Below, piece by piece: positions 26,204 through 32,000 of a DNA stretch of 32,000 bases; the stretch's first letter is position 1, and the number at the start of each line of letters is the position of its first letter. The stretch lies in contig OY969938.1 in NCBI GenBank assembly GCA_963704755.1, positions 360,001 through 392,000 of the forward strand, read 5' to 3'. This stretch comes from an uncultured Chloroflexia bacterium (GTDB taxonomy: Bacteria > Chloroflexota > Anaerolineae > Anaerolineales > Anaerolineaceae). Position numbers and translations under genes: made by a program. The notes beneath the pieces are model-generated. The model did no database searches, had not been told where the DNA came from, and saw only the letters and a list, made by a program, of their open reading frames with translations.

Positions 26204-27253
26204 TTACTCCGCAAAACCCTGGTTCAGCTTTTGCAGCAAATCCGCGCTCGGACGCAGGTTTTTCGTCGGGTAACGGTTCAGCGGGGTATCAATCAAGTTG
26301 GCCGCATCGACGACGGTCGGCTGGTTCGGATCCACGTATAGGATGCCGGTGATCATCCAGTTGTTTCGTTCGGCCTCTTCCAACACCCGCAGCGCTTCGA
26401 AGATGTTGGTCGGGTCATAATCCCGGTCCAGTTTTTTCAGGATGATCGTCGCGCCATCGTGCAGTGTGACCTCGCGCGTACCACCCTCTTCATAGTCCTC
26501 GACCATGATCTCATCGCGGGCCGGGATAAAGGAGATATCGTGCAGCGGTGTTTCGTGTTCCTTGCCCCAGGCATAAGAATGGAATGAGTCTTCCTTATTG
26601 TGGAAGGTGACGCACGGGCTGATGATATCTATGACCGCGATACCGCGATGGCTGTAGGCCGCCTTGAGGATTTCTTTCACCTGCTTGGGGTCACCGGCGA
26701 AAGTTCGCGCCACAAAAGTCGCGTTGGCCGTCAGGGCTTCCATGCAGATATCTACCGGCAGGTAGGGGTTGGTGCCGTGCTTCTTGAGCTGCAACCCGCG
26801 CTCGGCCGTGGCTGAAAACTGGCCTTTGGTCAGCCCATAGACCCCATTATTCTCGACGATATAGACCATCGGCAGGTTACGCCGCACCAGGTGTTTAAAC
26901 TGGCCCATCCCGATGCTGGCGGTATCGCCATCGCCGCTGATGCCGATGCCTTTCAGACTGGTATCGGCAAAAAGCGTCCCCAAGGCCAGGGAGGGCATCC
27001 GCCCGTGCAGCCCGTTGAACCCGAAAGACCGGTTGAGGAAATAAGTGGGGCTTTTGCTGGAACAACCGATCCCTGAAAACTTGATTACGTCCTCGGGAAC
27101 GACATCTAGTTCGTACATGGCCGCCACGATCTGGCTGGAAATGGAGTTGTGTCCGCAGCCGGCGCACAACGTAGACGTCACACCGCGGTAGTCACTCCGC
27201 GTCAGCCCGGCCATATTCACCTGGGTTTTAGGAGCAGCAGCTTGAGCAACCAT
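26204..27253 (-). CDS. korB: 2-oxoacid:ferredoxin oxidoreductase, beta (TPP-binding) subunit
   Basis: LCAGCGHNSI cluster/TPP region and GISGDGDTASIGMGQF TPP motif. ATG 27253 overlaps the korA stop (TAATG), indicating translational coupling. The listed longer ORF (to 27355) overlaps korA and is unlikely. Confidence 0.9.
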   Translation of the reverse strand: MVAQAAAPKTQVNMAGLTRSDYRGVTSTLCAGCGHNSISSQIVAAMYELDVVPEDVIKFSGIGCSSKSPTYFLNRSFGFNGLHGRMPSLALGTLFADTSLKGIGISGDGDTASIGMGQFKHLVRRNLPMVYIVENNGVYGLTKGQFSATAERGLQLKKHGTNPYLPVDICMEALTANATFVARTFAGDPKQVKEILKAAYSHRGIAVIDIISPCVTFHNKEDSFHSYAWGKEHETPLHDISFIPARDEIMVEDYEEGGTREVTLHDGATIILKKLDRDYDPTNIFEALRVLEEAERNNWMITGILYVDPNQPTVVDAANLIDTPLNRYPTKNLRPSADLLQKLNQGFAE

Positions 27254-29106
27254 TATTTTTCCTCTTCTTCCATCTCCAAAAGTGTCCGTTTGATCCATTC
27301 GGCCGAGATCGGCATGCCATCGATATGCGAGACCTGGCGCAGCCGCGAACCGCACTCGGAGTAATGCATGGTCAGCAGTTGTTTCATCTGGCCGTCACGG
27401 TTCAATTCGATCACGTAGGTACGGCGGTAATTAGACAGAAAATCGCATACGTCATCGGTGAAAGGCAGCGAACGGATGCGCATATAGTCGGTCGGTACAC
27501 CCGCCTCGGCCAGCAAATCGCGCGCTTCCTGGATGGCCGGATCGGTGGAACCGAAAGCCACGATACCAATCTTCGACCCTTTCATCGTTTGCACGATCGC
27601 GCCGGGCAGCATATTTTTATTTTGTTCCAGCTTCTTCTTGATCCGTTTCAAAGTCCGCTCGAACACCACCGGGTCTTCGGTGTAACGGGTCAATTCGTCA
27701 TGACCGGTGCCGCGGGCAAAATAAGCTGCCTTTGGGCTGCGGTTGCCGGGTACCGTGCGGTAAGGAATACCGTCGCCGTCCAGGTCCATGTAACGGCCCC
27801 ATTCTCCCTTGGTCTTTTCCAAAATCTTATCCAGGTCGTCTTCCCACAATATTTTTCCGCGGTCGATTTCCTGGTCCGGATATTCGAATTGCTGCGCAAT
27901 GTGGGTGTTCATACCCATGTCCAGGTCAGATAAGACGACCACCGGGGTTTGCAGGCGTTCAGCCACATCGAAGGCCTTCCAGGAGAACTCGAAGCATTCG
28001 TTGATGTTCCCCGGCAGCAAGATCACAAACTGGGTGTCACCATGGCCGATGAAATTGATAAAGGTCAGGTCGCCTTGGGCCGTCCGGGTAGGCAGCCCGG
28101 TCGATGGGCCCACCCGCTGGACGTCGAACAGCACCAGGGGAATTTCGGCGAAATACGCCAATCCGAGGTATTCAGCCATCAGCGAAAGCCCTGGGCCGGA
28201 CGTCGAAGTCATCGAACGCAAGCCGGCCCAGCCGGCTCCAATGGCCATTCCCACCGCGGCCAGCTCATCCTCGGCCTGAATGACGGCGTAGGTCGCTTTG
28301 CCGGTCTCGGGATCCTTGCGTAATTGTGGCAAATAATCGATCAGCGATTCGGCCAGGCTGGAGGCCGGCGTGATCGGGTACCAGGCTTCGAATTGGACGC
28401 CGCCGTAAATTGCCCCCAGCGCACAGGCGGTATTGCCGTCAGTCATGATCGTGTTGTCCAGCCCGGGCATATGCTCGACGTAATAGGGATCCCGTTTTTC
28501 CAGGTTTTCCTGAGCCCATTGGGCGGCCGCGCTGATGATGTTCCAGTTTGAATCGACGGCCTTCTTCTTGCCTTTGAAATGGCTGTCCAGCACCTGATAA
28601 ACCGTATCCAGGTCGATACCCAGCACCTGGGCCACCACACCTACATACACCATGTTGGCCACATAATCGCGCAAGTTCGAAGGCACATCCGCGCTTTTCA
28701 CCAGGCTGCGGACCGGCATGGGATAGGCGATGATGTCATCGCGCGGGATCACCGGCTTGATGTCGTCCGCGTAAAAAAGGACCCCGCCCGGCACGATAAA
28801 CTCGAATTCTTTGGCGATTGTGGCCGGGTTCATGGCCACCACAATATCATCATGCTCGACCCTTGCCAGGTATCCCTTTTTGCTAAGCCGGATCGAATAC
28901 CAGGTCGGCATGCCCTGGATGTTGGAAGGAAAAATATTCTTCCCGGTTACCGGTATTCCCATGCGATACAAGGACCGCAGGATAACCGTGTTGGCTGTCG
29001 CACTACCCGAACCGTTGACCGTGCTGAAGGTAATGCAAAAGTCATTCACGTTTCGTCCACTGACCTTAGCCTTCTCCAGCACAGAAGCAGGCACTGATTG
29101 GGACAT
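27253..29106 (-). CDS. korA: 2-oxoacid:ferredoxin oxidoreductase, alpha subunit (fused alpha/gamma type)
   Basis: 617 aa, with N-terminal FSTVNGSGSATAN (gamma-like domain) and a GYPITPASS-type motif (WYPITPASSLAE). An AAGGAG RBS lies 6 nt upstream of ATG 29106. Substrate specificity (2-oxoglutarate versus other 2-oxoacids) cannot be determined from sequence by eye. Confidence 0.9.
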   Translation of the reverse strand: MSQSVPASVLEKAKVSGRNVNDFCITFSTVNGSGSATANTVILRSLYRMGIPVTGKNIFPSNIQGMPTWYSIRLSKKGYLARVEHDDIVVAMNPATIAKEFEFIVPGGVLFYADDIKPVIPRDDIIAYPMPVRSLVKSADVPSNLRDYVANMVYVGVVAQVLGIDLDTVYQVLDSHFKGKKKAVDSNWNIISAAAQWAQENLEKRDPYYVEHMPGLDNTIMTDGNTACALGAIYGGVQFEAWYPITPASSLAESLIDYLPQLRKDPETGKATYAVIQAEDELAAVGMAIGAGWAGLRSMTSTSGPGLSLMAEYLGLAYFAEIPLVLFDVQRVGPSTGLPTRTAQGDLTFINFIGHGDTQFVILLPGNINECFEFSWKAFDVAERLQTPVVVLSDLDMGMNTHIAQQFEYPDQEIDRGKILWEDDLDKILEKTKGEWGRYMDLDGDGIPYRTVPGNRSPKAAYFARGTGHDELTRYTEDPVVFERTLKRIKKKLEQNKNMLPGAIVQTMKGSKIGIVAFGSTDPAIQEARDLLAEAGVPTDYMRIRSLPFTDDVCDFLSNYRRTYVIELNRDGQMKQLLTMHYSECGSRLRQVSHIDGMPISAEWIKRTLLEMEEEEK

Positions 29107-29158
29107 AGGAACTCCTTTTTCCCTAATATGAGATGAGCTAAATCATCCTGAACACCGG

Positions 29159-29839
29159 TTATTTGGATCGTTGGTAAATCAGATCCATGTGCTCGACCAG
29201 GGCAGCGTAACCGGTATCGTAATCACCCTGGCAAATGGCATCCACCATCCGGGCATGGTAGTTCCAGACGGTTTCCAGGTAATCCAGATCCGTATATACG
29301 TCTAAACCAATTGCCTCATAAACCTCCCAATAAGCCTCCAGGAGACCCGTTACGAAGGGGTTGTTGAGTTTTTTATAGATGGTCAGGTGCAGGCGGCGGT
29401 GTTCGTTGTGAGGTATTTGGACCGGCTCGCCGGCCAGTTTTTCGCGGGCATGGGCGATGAGCGCTACCAGCTCTTGCTGGTCTTCAGCCGACAGCAGGTC
29501 CACTGCAACGTGCCAGTAGGTCATTTCGATGTGATTGCGCAGGTCAGAAAACTCTTCGAAAGCCTGTGGATCGATCGAGGCAGCATAAATCAGGCTTTGT
29601 ACGACAGCCGGCTTGAAGGTGTATGGCAGCCGGCGGATACCCGTACGCGGCCGCACTTCGACCAGCCCCATGCTGCGGGCCACTTCCATCTGTTCCCGCA
29701 AACTGGCTGTACTGATACCAATTTCGCGGCTCATCTCGGTCAACGGCGGTATTCGATCCCCCTCCCGTGTCTCTCCCGAAGCCAGGTAACGCATGAATTC
29801 CGAAAGCCGCTGATTGGCAACCCGCTCACGCAAAGCCAT
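29159..29839 (-). CDS. GntR-family transcriptional regulator, FadR/FCD subfamily
   Basis: N-terminal winged HTH (DRIPPLTEMSREIGISTASLREQMEVARSMGLVEVRPRTG) and a helical FCD-like C-terminal domain. It lies 52 nt upstream of korA on the same strand. Confidence 0.88.
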   Translation of the reverse strand: MALRERVANQRLSEFMRYLASGETREGDRIPPLTEMSREIGISTASLREQMEVARSMGLVEVRPRTGIRRLPYTFKPAVVQSLIYAASIDPQAFEEFSDLRNHIEMTYWHVAVDLLSAEDQQELVALIAHAREKLAGEPVQIPHNEHRRLHLTIYKKLNNPFVTGLLEAYWEVYEAIGLDVYTDLDYLETVWNYHARMVDAICQGDYDTGYAALVEHMDLIYQRSK

Positions 29840-29973
29840 AGCACCTGATCCTAAAACAAGCCTGCATTATGACCACCTAATCTGCCAGTAAGAACTCCCC
29901 TATCCAGGTTCGTACCTTTAAACACCTCAGATGGGGTCTTTTTCATTCACTTATTAAGCATCCGAAAATCTTT

Positions 29974-29983
29974 TGATTAATCA
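29974..29983. promoter_or_regulatory. candidate operator: perfect 10-bp palindrome TGATTAATCA downstream of the predicted promoter
   Basis: TGATTAATCA is perfectly palindromic and lies about 10-20 nt downstream of the predicted TSS of the GntR-korAB promoter. A half-site-like GATTATTCA follows immediately. Confidence 0.35.
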
Positions 29984-30001
29984 GATTATTCAGATGAATG
30001 C

Positions 30002-30030
30002 AGTATAGCACGCGCTTAAAGCAAAGTCAA
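30002..30030 (-). promoter_or_regulatory. near-consensus sigma70-type promoter for the gntR-korA-korB operon
   Basis: The minus strand reads TTGACT (30030-30025), a 17-nt spacer, then TATACT (30007-30002). It is located just after the stop of the upstream BtuF-like gene and ~160 nt upstream of the GntR ATG. Confidence 0.55.
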
Positions 30031-30084
30031 TCACGAATTTGGGTAATTTTGCCCTTATTTAATTTGTTTACCGAAATCAATTGG

Positions 30085-30966
30085 CTATACGAAGAACAGC
30101 GGGCTGATCGTTTCCAACGCCCGGGCGATGCGGGTGCCATGCCAGGTCAACAGGCTGCCATCCACCCGGTAAATTTGGCCTTTCTGCCCCGCGGTTGTTT
30201 CCCCCAGCCATTCCTTGATCCGCTCGATCTCGATTTGGTTAAAATCGAACGGCTCGTCCGGCAGAAAGATGAAATCCGGATCGGCCGCCAGAATTTCACC
30301 GGTCCGCATGCACGGGTAGCGCGTATCGCGTTCGCCGGGGTCTTCCCCCTCGGTGTTCTCCAGGTCAGACTCGAGCGGGTAGCGTCGCGAACGGCCGGCA
30401 AACACGTTTTTCCCGCCTAACAAACGGATCAAATCACCGCAATAAGTCTGGTCGTTGAAAGTCATCCACCAGGCCGGGCTGCCATCCTGGCCGGGCTCGA
30501 ACCAGATCGGCACAAACAACGCAGGGGCTGCCCACTCCGCAGCAGCCTCACCCGCCAGGTCCACCAGGTTCTGCAGCGAACGCATGCGCATCAGCGCCGG
30601 TTCGCGATGAAAAAGGTAGACCAGGTCCCACAGGTCGCTCATCGCTTCCGCGACCGAATGCGGAAAAGCCAGCCAGACGGCGCAGCTCTCGCCCAGGCTC
30701 TCGATGCAGCTCCGTTCATTTTCTTCCTGGTTGGCCAAAACCAGGTCCGGCCGGGTGGCCAGAACATCGTGCGGGTTGGCGGTTTTTGTCCCGCCAACCC
30801 GCGGTAAATTTCTGGTGGCCTGCTCCGGCAAAACGCATTGATCGCTGATGCCCACCAGACAGTCACCCAGACCCAGGTCGAACAGGCTTTCCGTGATCGA
30901 GGGAACCAGCGAGACCACTCGCTGCGGGACACGCCCGAAAGTACTCAACTGCCGGAAAATGGGCAT
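30085..30966 (-). CDS. BtuF/TroA-like (cobalamin/siderophore-type) substrate-binding protein, no obvious signal peptide
   Basis: RVVSLVPSITESLFDLGLGDCLVGIS is the typical class-III periplasmic-binding-protein N-terminal strand-turn. The N-terminus MPIFRQLSTFGRVPQR lacks a hydrophobic h-region or lipobox. An AGGAG RBS overlaps the end of the upstream gene. Confidence 0.75.
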   Translation of the reverse strand: MPIFRQLSTFGRVPQRVVSLVPSITESLFDLGLGDCLVGISDQCVLPEQATRNLPRVGGTKTANPHDVLATRPDLVLANQEENERSCIESLGESCAVWLAFPHSVAEAMSDLWDLVYLFHREPALMRMRSLQNLVDLAGEAAAEWAAPALFVPIWFEPGQDGSPAWWMTFNDQTYCGDLIRLLGGKNVFAGRSRRYPLESDLENTEGEDPGERDTRYPCMRTGEILAADPDFIFLPDEPFDFNQIEIERIKEWLGETTAGQKGQIYRVDGSLLTWHGTRIARALETISPLFFV

Positions 30967-30971
30967 GGCTC

Positions 30972-32000
30972 CTATTCGAGTGCTGGCTGAAGCAGTCGAT
31001 AAGCAGAAGCAGCCATAACGGCTACCGCATTGGGCAGCACCCGCTCGTCGAAATTGAAACGCGGATGGTGATGTCCAAAGTTCAAACCTGCCTCGGCGTT
31101 AGCGCTGCCCACCATGAAGAAGCAGCCGTGCACCTGCTCCATGATGTAAGCCATATCTTCCGAACCCATCACGCGGTAATTGGTGTCCAACTCCAGGTCA
31201 GGAAACTCACTTTTGACCACATTTTGAACCGTTACCGTCGTTTCGTTGTCATTGACCACCGCCGGAGTTAGCCGCTCGACACTTACCTCGGCTTTGCAGC
31301 CCATCCCGCTGGCCACAGATTTGACGATCTCGCTGAACCGTTTCAGCACCAGTTCTCTCACCGCCGGGTCAAAAGTTCTAATTGTACCGGCCAGTTCGGC
31401 GGTACCCGGGATGACGTTGAAGGCCGTCCCGGTATTGAACTGGGTCACACTCACGACGGCCGTTGCCAGCGGAGCCACGTTACGCGCAACGATACTTTGC
31501 AAAGCCGTCACCACCTGGGCCGCCGCCAGCACCGGGTCCTGGGTGGTTTCCGGCATGGCGCCATGGCCGCCTTTTCCGCTGATCTTGATATTAAAGACGT
31601 CCCCTCCGGCCATGATCGGACCGGTGGAAACGCCGATCCAGCCGACCGGTTTTTCGTTCCAGACGTGCAACCCCAGGGTGGTGTCCACCTCCGGCGCGTG
31701 CAGGATCCCTTCTGCGAGCATGCGCTCCGCCCCGCCACGCCCTTCTTCGGCCGGCTGAAAGATCAGCTTGACCGTTCCGTGCAGGTCGTCGCGGCATTCA
31801 TTGAGCAGCCGGGCCACGGTCAGCCCGATAGCCGTATGGCCGTCATGGCCGCAGGCGTGCATCACTCCGGTTTTTTCCGAGGCGTAATCGACTTTGTTTT
31901 CTTCGACGATCGGTAGGGCATCCATGTCAAAACGCAGCAAGACCACCGGTCCGGGATGTGCGCCTTCGATCATTGCCACCACGCCTGTCCCAGCCACGCC
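30972..32000 (-). CDS. M20D-family amidohydrolase (N-acyl-amino-acid amidohydrolase / hippuricase-like), 5-prime end outside the window
   Basis: MHACGHDGHTA metal-binding motif, IFQPAEEG and GGHGAMP. The ORF is open to the right edge of the window. Confidence 0.85.
   Translation of the reverse strand, partial: GVAGTGVVAMIEGAHPGPVVLLRFDMDALPIVEENKVDYASEKTGVMHACGHDGHTAIGLTVARLLNECRDDLHGTVKLIFQPAEEGRGGAERMLAEGILHAPEVDTTLGLHVWNEKPVGWIGVSTGPIMAGGDVFNIKISGKGGHGAMPETTQDPVLAAAQVVTALQSIVARNVAPLATAVVSVTQFNTGTAFNVIPGTAELAGTIRTFDPAVRELVLKRFSEIVKSVASGMGCKAEVSVERLTPAVVNDNETTVTVQNVVKSEFPDLELDTNYRVMGSEDMAYIMEQVHGCFFMVGSANAEAGLNFGHHHPRFNFDERVLPNAVAVMAASAYRLLQPALE

Noticed and set aside
1-32000. Search for a defence, mobile or novel multi-gene system (CRISPR arrays, transposases, integrases, toxin-antitoxin pairs, phage genes, tRNA/rRNA genes).
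   Set aside because: No regularly spaced direct repeats, no recognisable transposase, integrase or nuclease-helicase defence genes, and no tRNA-like cloverleaf in any intergenic gap. Every large ORF has a plausible housekeeping assignment. I will not claim a novel system that the sequence does not support.

Overview
This looks like ordinary core-genome sequence from a moderately GC-rich bacterium. The gene content and a Firmicute-like ylo-cluster order suggest a Chloroflexota-type or other monoderm-related lineage, but this is inference and I cannot verify it. About 31 densely packed housekeeping genes are supported. On the + strand: Ser/Thr kinase, rpe, Asp23-family protein, FakA/FakB fatty-acid kinase pair, recG, coaD, a coiled-coil protein, DUF503, an SDR, a B12-type radical SAM protein with its DUF2344 partner, a Zn-ribbon SpoU methyltransferase, an FmdB zinc-ribbon protein, a second SDR, argF, rocD, pyk, a GNAT-like protein and a rhodanese. 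On the - strand: rpmB, lon, folC, ctaA, a GntR/FadR regulator with korA-korB, a BtuF/TroA-like binding protein and a partial M20 amidohydrolase. I see no rRNA or tRNA genes, no CRISPR array, and no transposase, integrase, phage or recognisable defence genes. I therefore cannot support a claim that the window holds a new multi-gene system. The points worth a second look are listed here. (1) Two otherwise intact conserved genes, recG and rocD, each need a +1 frame correction, which could be consensus indels or recent pseudogenisation. (2) A ~142-bp MITE-like element with direct repeats, inverted termini and a perfect 20-bp central palindrome lies in the folC/DUF503 divergent intergenic region. 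(3) A similar long hairpin, plus mutually complementary motifs, lies in the 399-bp region upstream of argF, and could be an attenuator or a second element copy. (4) The function-unknown radical-SAM/DUF2344 pair sits next to an RNA methyltransferase and a Cys-tailed FmdB peptide. (5) A near-consensus promoter and palindromic operator precede a GntR-korAB operon. (6) An 81-nt convergent CDS overlap joins the second SDR and ctaA. All coordinates and motifs were read by eye from the sequence; no database searches were run.
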